A stretch of DNA of 64,000 bases from Longimicrobiales bacterium (GCA_965204735.1 OZ242008.1:904191-968190), one strand, 5' to 3'; numbered from the stretch's first letter, positions 44,126 to 53,167 are shown. Numbers and translations are program-made. The notes: generated from the sequence alone by a model not told the origin.

Positions 44126-45550
44126 CTACACCACCCAGTGCCCGATCAGGGCGCAGATGGGAACCGTGATCAGCGTCCGCAACAGGAAGACGGCCAGCAA
44201 GTCGCCGACGCCCAGCGGCAACTTCGACTTGAGCAGGAAAGCGCCCACTTCCGACATGTAGACGAGCTGGGTCGCCGACGCGCAGGCGACGACGAAGCGC
44301 GTCAGCTCGCTGTCGATTCCCTGGGCCAGGACGACCGGGAGGAACTGGTCGGCGAAGCCTACCAGGAGCGCCGGCGCCGCGGCGGCGGCCTCGGGCAACC
44401 GCAGGAGCTCGACGAACGGGATCAGCGGGTACGAGAGCCACTCGAAGAGCGGAGTGTGGTGGGCGACGGCCAGGGCCGAGGTCCCGACCACCATCACAAG
44501 AGGCATGAGCCCGAACCAGATGTCGAGGGTCGTTCCAGCGCTGCCGCGGGCCAGCGCCCTGGCGGAAGGCGCGCGGGCCGCCCGGGCGATGGCCAGCTCG
44601 ACGGCTCGGGAGAGCGCGCCGCGGCCGGTCGGGGTCGCCTCGGGGGGCGGCGGCCCGGCGGGAGAGTAGCGGTCGCGCTTCCGGGAAAGGGGCGGGATGC
44701 GCGGCAAGAGCGCCGCCGCCGCAACTCCGCTGACGACCAGGGCGGCGTACACGAAGAAGAAGCGATGGCCCACGCCCGCCACGTCGGCGACCACCTTGGC
44801 GAACGCCACCGACACCACCGAGAAGCCGAGGGCGATCACCGACGCTTCCCGCTCGGTGTAGTAGCCTGCGTCGAACTGCTTCGTGGTGATGACCACGCCC
44901 ACCGTCGAAGAGCCGAACCACGACGCTGCGCAATCCACGGCGGAGCGGCCCGGCAGCGTCAGCACGGGCCTGCACACTGGGCGCGCCAGCGTGCCGACGA
45001 ACTCCATGAGGCCGAAGTCGGTCAGAAACGGCATCAGCGCCGACGCGACGAGGAAGACCGCGAAGATCACGGTCATCAGCTCCCGAAGGATCGTCCCGCC
45101 GGTGTCGGGCGATGCGAGCCACGTCGGTCCCGTGTCGAAGAGGACCATGCACGCGCCCGTCGCCGCCGCGACTCGCAGGAGCACGCCGGCAGGAGCGGCG
45201 ACGAAGGCCCGGGACAGCTGGCTGGGCCGCTGCCTCCAGCGTGGGCGCATGACCAGTCCATAGGCGGATGCGACCGCCGAAAGGCAGAGAGTCGCCGCGA
45301 CCAGCCATGGCAGGGCGCCCCCCAGCAGCGCCTTGACCCCGTCCACCACGATCCCGATCCCGATGTTCAGGCCGTTGCCGGTGGGCAGCGGGGTCAGGAA
45401 GAAGAGGACGCCCAGCGACGACGGCAGCACGAAGCGCGCCAGGGATGGGGGTCTGGCGGGCCCCGACGGGGCGCCGGCGCGGGGACGGATCGGCGCGGAG
45501 GAGCGCCGGGCCCCGGAGCTGCCGGAGCCGGGCGGCGAGGAGTCGCTCAT
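44126..45550 (-). CDS. YjiH-like nucleoside-recognition (Gate) domain membrane protein
   Basis: It is a polytopic membrane protein with 'FVLPSSLGVLFFLTPLPTGNGLNIGIGIVVDGVKALL', similar to the YjiH family N-terminus. Confidence 0.6.
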   Translation of the reverse strand: MSDSSPPGSGSSGARRSSAPIRPRAGAPSGPARPPSLARFVLPSSLGVLFFLTPLPTGNGLNIGIGIVVDGVKALLGGALPWLVAATLCLSAVASAYGLVMRPRWRQRPSQLSRAFVAAPAGVLLRVAAATGACMVLFDTGPTWLASPDTGGTILRELMTVIFAVFLVASALMPFLTDFGLMEFVGTLARPVCRPVLTLPGRSAVDCAASWFGSSTVGVVITTKQFDAGYYTEREASVIALGFSVVSVAFAKVVADVAGVGHRFFFVYAALVVSGVAAAALLPRIPPLSRKRDRYSPAGPPPPEATPTGRGALSRAVELAIARAARAPSARALARGSAGTTLDIWFGLMPLVMVVGTSALAVAHHTPLFEWLSYPLIPFVELLRLPEAAAAAPALLVGFADQFLPVVLAQGIDSELTRFVVACASATQLVYMSEVGAFLLKSKLPLGVGDLLAVFLLRTLITVPICALIGHWVV

Positions 45551-45610
45551 GGGTTCGCTTCCAGGGACGAGGGCGACGCAATGGCTGGGACCCGCCTATA
45601 TTGGGCGATC

Positions 45611-46399
45611 ATGATCTCGCTCGCAGGCCGGACCGCCGTGGTCACGGGGGCAGCCAAGGGCATCGGCGCCGCGTGCGCCCGGGCCTTCGCCGAGCACGGC
45701 GCCAATGTGGTGCTGGCCGACGTCCTTGCCGAACGCTGCTCCGAGACCGCCGCCGAGATCGCCGAAGCCACAGGCCGCGACACGCTGGCGGTCGAGGCCG
45801 ACGTCGGCGACGAAGGCGACTGCGCCCGAACGCTGGACGCCTGCACCGAACGGTTCGGGCAGTGCGACATCCTCCTCAACAACGCCGGGATCATCGTCTC
45901 GGGCTCGATCCTGGACGCCGATCCGGCCGACTTCGACCGGGTGCTGGCGGTGAACCTCCGGGGCCCGTTCATCCTCGGCCGGCTGGTCGCCCGCCACATG
46001 GTGGAGCGCCGAGTCGCCGGCACGATCATCAACATGTCGTCCACCAACGCCGTGGTGACGATCCCCAACCAGCTGGCCTACGCCGTCTCCAAGGGCGGAA
46101 TCGCCCAGCTCACCAAGGTCATGGCCGTGGCGCTGGCGCCTCACGACATCCGAGTCAACGCCATCGGCCCCGGCACGATATCCACCGACATCGTCGACGC
46201 CGTCATCGAGGACGACGAGGCCCGGCGCACCGTGCTCTCCCGAACCCCGCTGGGACGGTTCGGCGACCCGGCGGAAGTGGCGCGGGTGGCCGTGTTCCTC
46301 GCCAGCGACTACGCCTCGTACGTCACCGGCGACACGATCTATCCCGACGGCGGCCGGCTCTCCCTCAACTACACCGTTCCGCTGCGCCACGACGGCTAG
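45611..46399 (+). CDS. SDR-family oxidoreductase
   Basis: It has 'GRTAVVTGAAKGIGAACA', 'NNAGI' and 'SSTNA...YAVSKGGIAQL'. The alternative start is ATG 45581. Confidence 0.85.
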   Translation: MISLAGRTAVVTGAAKGIGAACARAFAEHGANVVLADVLAERCSETAAEIAEATGRDTLAVEADVGDEGDCARTLDACTERFGQCDILLNNAGIIVSGSILDADPADFDRVLAVNLRGPFILGRLVARHMVERRVAGTIINMSSTNAVVTIPNQLAYAVSKGGIAQLTKVMAVALAPHDIRVNAIGPGTISTDIVDAVIEDDEARRTVLSRTPLGRFGDPAEVARVAVFLASDYASYVTGDTIYPDGGRLSLNYTVPLRHDG

Positions 46400-46413
46400 G
46401 GCGCCCGCTTCCC

Positions 46414-49400
46414 ATGCCCAGAGCCCGACTGGCCATCGACATCGGGGGCACCTTCACGGACGTCGCGCTGGAGGCCGACGGCCGACTCTTCACCGTCAAG
46501 GCGCTTACCACCCGCGCCGCGCCGGAACAGGGCGTCATGGCGGGCGTGGCCATGGCGATGCGGGCGTCGGCGGCTGGAGGGTCCGGCGTCGCCGCCCGGG
46601 CGGTCCGACCCGACGACGTGGGCTTGGCGATCCACGGCACGACCCTCGCCACCAATGCGATCATCGAGCGGAAGGGAGCGCGAACGGCCCTCTTGACCAC
46701 GGCCGGGCACCGCGACGCGCTGGAAATGGCCCACGAGAACCGCTTCGAGCAGTACGACGTCGGGGTGGACCGGCCGCCGCCGCTGGTGCCGCGTCGCCTG
46801 CGCTTGCCCGTGACGGAGCGGGTGGACAGGAACGGGCGCGTGCTGGTTCCCCTGGACGAGGCGTCGCTGCGGACGCTGCTCCCCATCTTGGACGACGCGG
46901 GGGTGGAAGCGGTGGCGGTGGGCTTCATTCACGGCTATGCGAACCCGAGTCACGAGCAGCGGGTGCGCGAGTTCCTGGCTGCGGAGCGTCCGCGAGTGGC
47001 GGTGACGCTGGCGTCGGAGGTGTGCCCGGAGGTGCGGGAGTACGAGCGGCTCTCGACGGCGTGCGCCAACGCCTACGTGCAGCCCCTCATGTCCCGCTAC
47101 CTGAAGGGCCTCGCCGACTCGCTTCGGGAGGCGGGGTTCTCGTGTCCGTTCCTCCTCATGACCTCCAGCGGGGGACTCGCGACGCTGGCGACGGCCGTCG
47201 CGGCGCCGGTGCGGCTGGTGGAGTCGGGGCCTGCGGGCGGCGCGATCCTGGCCGCGCACTTGGCGCGGACCCTGGGGCTGGGCGACGTGCTCTCCTTCGA
47301 CATGGGGGGCACCACCGCAAAGCTGTGCATCGTCGACGGGGGAAGGCCGCTGACGTCGCGCACCTTCGAAGTCGCCCGCAGCTACCGCTTCCAGAAGGGC
47401 AGCGGTCTGCCAGTGCGGGTCCCGGTGATCGAGATGGTGGAGATTGGCGCGGGGGGCGGCTCCATAGCCGAAGTGGACGACCTGGGTCGAGTGCGGGTGG
47501 GGCCGGCGAGCGCCGGATCGGACCCGGGTCCGGCAGCGTACGGGATGGGCGGCGAGCGCCCCACCGTGACCGACGCCGACCTGACGCTGGGAAGGCTCGA
47601 CCCGGCCCTCTTTGCGGGGGGCGCGATCCCGCTGGACGCCGGGGCGGCCGCTGCCGCCCTAGACGGGCACGTGGGGACCAAGCTCGGAATCGAAGCGGCG
47701 GCGGCTGCCCGAGCGATCGGCGAGGTGGTGGACGAGAACATGGCCAACGCCGCCAGGACCCACGCCGCGGAGTGGGGCAAGGCAATGGCCGGCCGGGCGC
47801 TGGTGGCGTTCGGGGGCGCGGCGCCGATCCATGCGGCGCGCCTGGCGGAGAAGCTGGAGATCGACCGGATCGTGGTGCCCCGCAACGCGGGCGTGGGCTC
47901 GGCCGTGGGCTTCCTGCTGGCGCCCATCTCGTACGAGGTCGTGCGCAGCCGGTACATGCGGCTCTCGCGCTTCGACGCCCCGCTGGTGTCGAAGGTCCTG
48001 GCCGAGATGCGGGCCGAAGCTGCGGAGGTGGTGTCGCAGGGCGCCCCGGGGGCCGTTGCCGACGAGCGGGCCCGCGCCTACATGCGCTACGCCGGCCAGG
48101 GACACGAAATCGGCGTCGATCTTCCCGACGGAATCGAAGGCGAAGACGGCGGCCCGCTGCTGCGCGAAGCGTTCGACTGCGCCTACGAGGCGATGTTCGG
48201 CCGCACGATCCCCGGCCTCGACGTGGAGGTCCTGAGCTGGACGCTGGCGCTGGCGGCGGACGCGGACGACCACCAGCCGACGCCGGACCGCGCGCCGACG
48301 GGTGCGATGGACGACCATTGGCCGACGGCGGAACGGGTGCCGACCGAGGGTCGCGTGCCGACGGACGACCGCGTGCGCTCCATAGGCCCCCTTCCGGCGA
48401 AGAGCCGCCTGCGCGCCGAGGCGACGCTCCCGGCGACCGTTGTAACAACCGCCTGGGCGACAGGCGCCGACCGAAGCGCGGTCCCCGTCGCGACGTACCG
48501 TCGCCGCGAGCTGACCCCGGGTGACCGCGTCGCGGGACCGGCCCTCGTGACCGAAGCTCAGACCACCACGGTCGTGCCGGCCGGCTTCCAGGCGGAGACG
48601 CTGCCCAGCGGCGACCTGCTGCTGGTGCGAGGCCGGCTCGCGAGGGACCAGCACGCCGCCGGCGTACAGGCGAGCCGGCCCGCCGCGACGCCGCCAACGC
48701 CTCCCGGAGCTGGGGCCACCGTCTCGCCCGGCCCGAGCGCCGGCACGTCGGACGCCTCGCCCACCAAGCCGGAGGCCGGAAGCGAGTCCCGAGGCGTCCT
48801 CGAGGGCCAGATCATGTGGAGCCGGCTCCTGTCGGTCGTCGAAGAACAAGCCCGGACGCTGGTTCGGACCGCCTTCTCGACGCCGGTTCGGGAGGCGGGC
48901 GACCTCTCGGCGGGCGTCTTCGACGTGTCCGGACGGATGCTGGCCCAAGCAGTCACGGGCACGCCGGGACACGTCAACGCAATGGCCGAGTCGGTCGCCG
49001 AGTTCCTGGCCGAGTTCCCCGCCCACAAGCTCTCCGAGGGCGACGTGCTCGTCACCAACGACCCTTGGAAGGGCACCGGGCACCTCAACGACTTCACCGT
49101 CGTCACCCCCGCCTTCCACGGCGGACGGCTGGCGGCCCTCTTCGCCGCCACGAGCCACATCGCCGACGTGGGCGGACGAGGGTTCGGAGCGGACGCCGGC
49201 CAAGTGTACGAAGAGGGCATCCGCATCCCCATCGGCCACCTGATTCGCGACGGTCGGCTGGACGCCACTTTGATGCGCCTAGTGCGGGCCAACGTTCGCG
49301 AGCCCGACGTGGCCGAGGGCGACCTGCACTCGCTGGTGGCGTGCAACCGCACCGGGCGCCGGCGACTGTCGGCGATGATGACCGAGTTCGGAATCGACTC

Positions 49401-50457
49401 GATCGCGGCGCTGGCCGACTCGATCGTGGACACGTCCCGACGCTCGATGCTGGAGCGGATCGGTCGGCTGAAGCCGGGCGCCTACCGGAACAGAGCGACA
49501 ATCGACGGCTACGACAGCGACCTGGAGCTGCACTGCGCCTTGACCGTGTCGTCCGCCGGCATTCGGATCGACTTCGACGGATCCTCGCCGGTCTCGGAGT
49601 TCGGGATCAACGTGCCCCTCACCTACACCCGCGCGTACGCGTCCTTCGGGGTCCGATGCATTGTGGGCCCGGACGTGCCCAACAACGCGGGCTCCCTCGG
49701 CGTCGTCGAAGTCGCGGCGCCTCCGGGCTCGCTCCTCGACGCGCCCTTTCCATCGGCGGTCTCGGCGCGTCATGCGGTCGGCCAGATGCTCCCCGACGTG
49801 GTGCTGGGATGCCTGAGGCAGGCAATGGACGAACCGGTCCCGGCAGAAGGCGCGTCGTGCCTCTGGAACCCGGTCCTGATGGGCGGGCGAGGGCTCTCGG
49901 GCGGCGACTACCGCGATTCGGCGCCGTTCGTGGTGAACCCCTTCCACACCGGGGGCACGGGGGCGCGCCCCGGCAAGGACGGGCTCTCGGCCACTGCATT
50001 CCCCTCGGGCGTCCGCAGCACCCCGGTCGAGATCACCGAGACGGTGGCCCCGTTGATCTTCTGGCGGAAGGAGTACGTCGCCGACTCCGGGGGTCCGGGG
50101 CAGTACCGGGGCGGGCTGGGCCAGGTCATGGAAGTTGCCCACGCCGACGGCGCCCCCTTCGCCGTCTCCAAGATGTTCGAGCGGATCAGGAACCCGGCCC
50201 GAGGTCGGGACGGGGGCGCTCCGGGCGCTCCGGGCCGCGTGCGCGTGGTCGGCCCGCAGGGCGGCGAGCTGCGGGGCAAGGGCAAGGAAGTGGTCCCCCG
50301 CGGACACCGGCTGGTCATGGAGACTCCGGGCGGCGGTGGATTGGGAGACCCGCGCCGTCGGGACCCGGCAATGGTGGAACGGGACGTGCGGAACGGCTAC
50401 GTGTCGGCGGAAGCGGCCGCCCGGGTCTATGGAGCGACGACGAAGGACGAGCCGTAG
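46414..50457 (+). CDS. Hydantoinase/oxoprolinase A-B fusion protein (HyuA-like + HyuB-like in one frame)
   Basis: The A part reads 'LAIDIGGTFTDVAL...AIHGTTLATNAIIERKG...FDMGGTTAKLCIV'. The B part reads 'IMWSRLLSVVEEQARTLVRTAFSTPVREAGDLSAGVFD...VTNDPWKGTGHLNDFTVVTP'. The two are joined by a Pro/Ser/Thr-rich linker with no stop. An internal start for the B part cannot be excluded. Confidence 0.75.
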   Translation: MPRARLAIDIGGTFTDVALEADGRLFTVKALTTRAAPEQGVMAGVAMAMRASAAGGSGVAARAVRPDDVGLAIHGTTLATNAIIERKGARTALLTTAGHRDALEMAHENRFEQYDVGVDRPPPLVPRRLRLPVTERVDRNGRVLVPLDEASLRTLLPILDDAGVEAVAVGFIHGYANPSHEQRVREFLAAERPRVAVTLASEVCPEVREYERLSTACANAYVQPLMSRYLKGLADSLREAGFSCPFLLMTSSGGLATLATAVAAPVRLVESGPAGGAILAAHLARTLGLGDVLSFDMGGTTAKLCIVDGGRPLTSRTFEVARSYRFQKGSGLPVRVPVIEMVEIGAGGGSIAEVDDLGRVRVGPASAGSDPGPAAYGMGGERPTVTDADLTLGRLDPALFAGGAIPLDAGAAAAALDGHVGTKLGIEAAAAARAIGEVVDENMANAARTHAAEWGKAMAGRALVAFGGAAPIHAARLAEKLEIDRIVVPRNAGVGSAVGFLLAPISYEVVRSRYMRLSRFDAPLVSKVLAEMRAEAAEVVSQGAPGAVADERARAYMRYAGQGHEIGVDLPDGIEGEDGGPLLREAFDCAYEAMFGRTIPGLDVEVLSWTLALAADADDHQPTPDRAPTGAMDDHWPTAERVPTEGRVPTDDRVRSIGPLPAKSRLRAEATLPATVVTTAWATGADRSAVPVATYRRRELTPGDRVAGPALVTEAQTTTVVPAGFQAETLPSGDLLLVRGRLARDQHAAGVQASRPAATPPTPPGAGATVSPGPSAGTSDASPTKPEAGSESRGVLEGQIMWSRLLSVVEEQARTLVRTAFSTPVREAGDLSAGVFDVSGRMLAQAVTGTPGHVNAMAESVAEFLAEFPAHKLSEGDVLVTNDPWKGTGHLNDFTVVTPAFHGGRLAALFAATSHIADVGGRGFGADAGQVYEEGIRIPIGHLIRDGRLDATLMRLVRANVREPDVAEGDLHSLVACNRTGRRRLSAMMTEFGIDSIAALADSIVDTSRRSMLERIGRLKPGAYRNRATIDGYDSDLELHCALTVSSAGIRIDFDGSSPVSEFGINVPLTYTRAYASFGVRCIVGPDVPNNAGSLGVVEVAAPPGSLLDAPFPSAVSARHAVGQMLPDVVLGCLRQAMDEPVPAEGASCLWNPVLMGGRGLSGGDYRDSAPFVVNPFHTGGTGARPGKDGLSATAFPSGVRSTPVEITETVAPLIFWRKEYVADSGGPGQYRGGLGQVMEVAHADGAPFAVSKMFERIRNPARGRDGGAPGAPGRVRVVGPQGGELRGKGKEVVPRGHRLVMETPGGGGLGDPRRRDPAMVERDVRNGYVSAEAAARVYGATTKDEP

Positions 50458-50568
50458 CCGTCCGACGCCCCCGAGCCGTAGCCGTCCGACGCCCCCGAGC
50501 CGCAGCCGTCCGACGCCCCCGAGCCGCAGCCGTCCGACGCCCCCGAGCCATAGCTGTCCGACGCCCCC
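50449..50568. repeat. 24-bp tandem repeat x5 (gagccgtagccgtccgacgccccc)
   Basis: There are five head-to-tail copies. Copy 1 contains the hyuAB stop codon. The copies differ mainly at one position, TAG versus CAG. Confidence 0.9.
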
Positions 50569-50817
50569 GAAACTGGTCGGGAGATCGGGAGCGCCAAGTC
50601 GGGGTGGGAGCGCCAGGTCGGGAGATCGGGAGTCCCGCTGCCAGGTGTAACATCCGCCCAGATCGTCGTATGAATGTCGCAGAGGGCGCCGACCGTCCGG
50701 TCGGAGAACGGGGCCGCTCGCCGTGAGAACGCTCGGCGGCGTGAGAGCGCCGACCGCTCGCCGCGAGAGTGCCGACCGCTCGGCGCCCGGGGCCTCGCCG
50801 CATGAAGGAGCAGCACG

Positions 50818-51636
50818 ATGAGCGCCGCATCCCCACGTCGGGTCAGGATCCTGGACTTCGCGCGTCGCAAGGAGGCGGGCGAGCCCATCGTCATGCTCAC
50901 CGCCTACGACGCCCTCTTCGCGTCGCTGCTGGACGCGGCGGGGGTGGACGCGATCCTGGTGGGCGACTCCCTCGCCACCGTCCTCTGCGGCAAGGAGACG
51001 ACCCTTTCCGCCACGGTGGACCAGATGATCTACCACGGGCGCATCGTCCAGAGAGGGGTGCGACGGGCCTTGGTGGTCGTGGACATGCCGTTCATGAGCT
51101 ACCAGGTGTCGCCCGAGGACGCGGTTCGGAACGCGGGACGCATCCTCAAGGAGACGGGGGCGGGCGCCGTCAAGCTGGAAGGGGGCGCGGAGGCGGCGCC
51201 GGCGGTCGAGGCCATCGTCGCGGCCGGGGTTCCGGTCATGGGACACCTGGGCTTCACGCCCCAGTCGGTGCACCAGATCGGGGGCGCGCGGGTCCAAGGA
51301 CGGGCGGACGGAGCAGTGGAGAAGCTGGTCCGCGACGCCAAGGCGATCGAAGACGCAGGCGCGTTCTCGGTCCTCCTGGAACTCGTCGTCGGCCCCGTCG
51401 CCAAGGAGGTGACCGACGCCCTGCGCGTGCCCACCGTGGGCATCGGCGCGGGACCTCACTGCGACGGCCAGCTCCTGATCCTCCACGACATGCTGGGACT
51501 GAACGAAGGCTTCAGCCCTCGCTTCCTGAAGCGCTTCGCGGAACTCGGCGCCGAGGTGCGGTCGGCAGTCGGCCGATACGCGCAGGAAGTGCGCGAAGGG
51601 GTCTACCCTGAAGCCGACTATGTCCACTGGGAGTAG
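50818..51636 (+). CDS. panB: 3-methyl-2-oxobutanoate hydroxymethyltransferase
   Basis: It has 'PIVMLTAYDALFASLLDAAGVDAILVGDSLATV' and 'VVVDMPFMSYQ...VKLEGG...GHLGFTPQS'. RBS aggag is upstream. Confidence 0.9.
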   Translation: MSAASPRRVRILDFARRKEAGEPIVMLTAYDALFASLLDAAGVDAILVGDSLATVLCGKETTLSATVDQMIYHGRIVQRGVRRALVVVDMPFMSYQVSPEDAVRNAGRILKETGAGAVKLEGGAEAAPAVEAIVAAGVPVMGHLGFTPQSVHQIGGARVQGRADGAVEKLVRDAKAIEDAGAFSVLLELVVGPVAKEVTDALRVPTVGIGAGPHCDGQLLILHDMLGLNEGFSPRFLKRFAELGAEVRSAVGRYAQEVREGVYPEADYVHWE

Positions 51637-51857
51637 CGGCGAGCGCCCCTCGATGCCGCCCGTCGGTCCTCACGTCTGCCTGAAGCCGACCACGTCCACT
51701 GGCAGGTAGCGACGAGCGCCCCCGTCGATGCCGTCCGTCGGTCCTCACGTCTGCCAGAAGCCGACCCACGTCCACCGGCAGGTAGCGACGAGCGCCCCCG
51801 TCGATGCCGCCCGACCGTCCTCACGTCCGCCCAGGTCATGTCCACCGGGAGTAGCTG
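51608..51857. repeat. About 73-76-bp tandem repeat, about 3.4 copies, first copy includes the panB 3' end and stop
   Basis: Units begin 'c[tc]gaagccgac..cgtccac[tc]gg[gc]ag(g)tagcg[ga]cgagcgccc...tcctcacgtc[tc]gc'. The copies are about 90% identical by eye. Confidence 0.85.
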
Positions 51858-52040
51858 ACACAGGGCTGTCCGATTGACTATTTTGGATTTCTACTATCCA
51901 AAATGTCCCATCGAATGTCCGTTGAACGTCCGTTCCGATGTCCCGCCTGGTGTCCGTGGATGTCCCGTTCGCATGTCCATCCGGAGCCGTTGTCCATCCG
52001 GAGCCGTTCGGATGTCGACCTAGAGCCGTTCGGGCCCCCG

Positions 52041-52484
52041 TCAGTTGTTCGGCGCCCCCGCCTCGATCCAGGCTCGGACGACCGCGATCTCGTTCTCGGG
52101 CACCGGGTCGCCTTCCTCGGGCATGTCGCCTTCGACGATCATCTCGAGGAGGAAGCTGTTCTCGGCGCTCCCCGCTTCGACGACGGACCCGAACTCGGAG
52201 CCGATCATCACCCGCTCGTACTCCAGCAGGTTGAGGCCGGCTTCGGTGCGGGGCTTGCCGTCGTCCCCCACGGCACCGTGGCACTGGGCGCACCGCTCCA
52301 TGAAGATCGGCAGGACGTCGTCGGCGAAGCTCACGGTGTCGGCGGCCGGGCTGGTGGACGCCACCGGCTGGGAAGCGGGGCTGGTCCCGGCGGCGAGGAC
52401 GACGGCAACGGCGACGAGGGCCGGCACGCTCCGAGAAGCGCGCCCGCCCTGAAGAGCGCGGCCGGTGGACGGAGAGCGGATCAT
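52041..52484 (-). CDS. Planctomycete-type cytochrome c (PSCyt1-like) domain protein, exported
   Basis: It has 'FADDVLPIFMERCAQCHG' (CxxCH) and an N-terminal hydrophobic segment. RBS gggagg precedes ATG 52484. Confidence 0.65.
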   Translation of the reverse strand: MIRSPSTGRALQGGRASRSVPALVAVAVVLAAGTSPASQPVASTSPAADTVSFADDVLPIFMERCAQCHGAVGDDGKPRTEAGLNLLEYERVMIGSEFGSVVEAGSAENSFLLEMIVEGDMPEEGDPVPENEIAVVRAWIEAGAPNN

Positions 52485-52519
52485 GTCGGTGGGCCTCCCT
52501 TGGGGGCTTGTGCGAAGCG

Positions 52520-53167
52520 TCAGCCGATGCCCTCGGCCTTCATGAGAAGCTCCAGGTGCTGGGCCGCCTGGGCCAAGCCGCCTTCGCCCTCGCCCCAGGA
52601 GATGCGCCCGTTGCCGTCGGCGTCCATTCCGGACACGATGGCGTCGGCCATGGCGGCGATCTCCTCGGCCAGCGCGCGCGCCGCGTCCACGTCGGAGGCG
52701 GCTTCGACCTCGGCCGCCTTCTCCTGGATGCTTTGGGCCCAAGCCGCCACGTTCTCCGCCGCCGTCTTGACGTGGACCGAGTGCGCCTTGACCGCGTCCG
52801 ACGCGTCGTCGGACTCGCCGGCCATGCCGATGTGCCGGGCCACGGCCTGCGCGGCCTTGACGAGCCCGTAGCCCTTCCCGGGACCGCGCTCGGCGCTGGC
52901 GTCCACGGCGTGGAGGACGTGCATGACGTGGCGCTTGATCCCGTCCAGGTCCGGCGCCGTTGCCGCCAGCTTCGCGTGCTGGGCCGCGATCTCGGCCTCG
53001 GCTTGGGCCGCCGCCAGCAAGCCCATGTTCTCCGGCGTGTCGTTCCACCGGTCAGCCACGTGGCCGACGTGCCGGTGGGCGGCGCTCTGGGCGGAAGCGG
53101 TTGCGGCGAACCCCACCAGCAGGGTCGCGGTCAGCGCGGTCGTGACTGCCTTCTTCGAGTTGGCCAT
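52520..53167 (-). CDS. Secreted all-helical hypothetical protein with C-terminal EF-hand-like loop
   Basis: It has a signal peptide 'MANSKKAVTTALTATLLVGFAATASA', His-rich helices and 'DADGNGRISWGE'. RBS ggagga is upstream. Confidence 0.55.
   Translation of the reverse strand: MANSKKAVTTALTATLLVGFAATASAQSAAHRHVGHVADRWNDTPENMGLLAAAQAEAEIAAQHAKLAATAPDLDGIKRHVMHVLHAVDASAERGPGKGYGLVKAAQAVARHIGMAGESDDASDAVKAHSVHVKTAAENVAAWAQSIQEKAAEVEAASDVDAARALAEEIAAMADAIVSGMDADGNGRISWGEGEGGLAQAAQHLELLMKAEGIG

Noticed and set aside
45445-46413. An N-terminal extension of the hydantoinase ORF, which would make a 1670-aa protein.
   Set aside because: The extension overlaps the SDR gene (45611..46399) in another frame and translates to low-complexity Arg/Gly-rich sequence. 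The recognisable HyuA N-terminus 'LAIDIGGTFTD' begins right after ATG 46414.
50449-51857. A possible CRISPR array suggested by the regularly repeated units at 50449-50568 and 51608-51857.
   Set aside because: The repeats are directly contiguous with no unique spacers, the unit sizes (24 bp and about 75 bp) and their divergence are not CRISPR-like, and no cas genes are present.
51903-52871. A 322-aa plus-strand ORF starting in the TGTCC array.
   Set aside because: It lies antisense to two minus-strand genes that have good RBSs, signal peptides and motifs (a CxxCH cytochrome and a secreted helical protein), and it has no recognisable domain.
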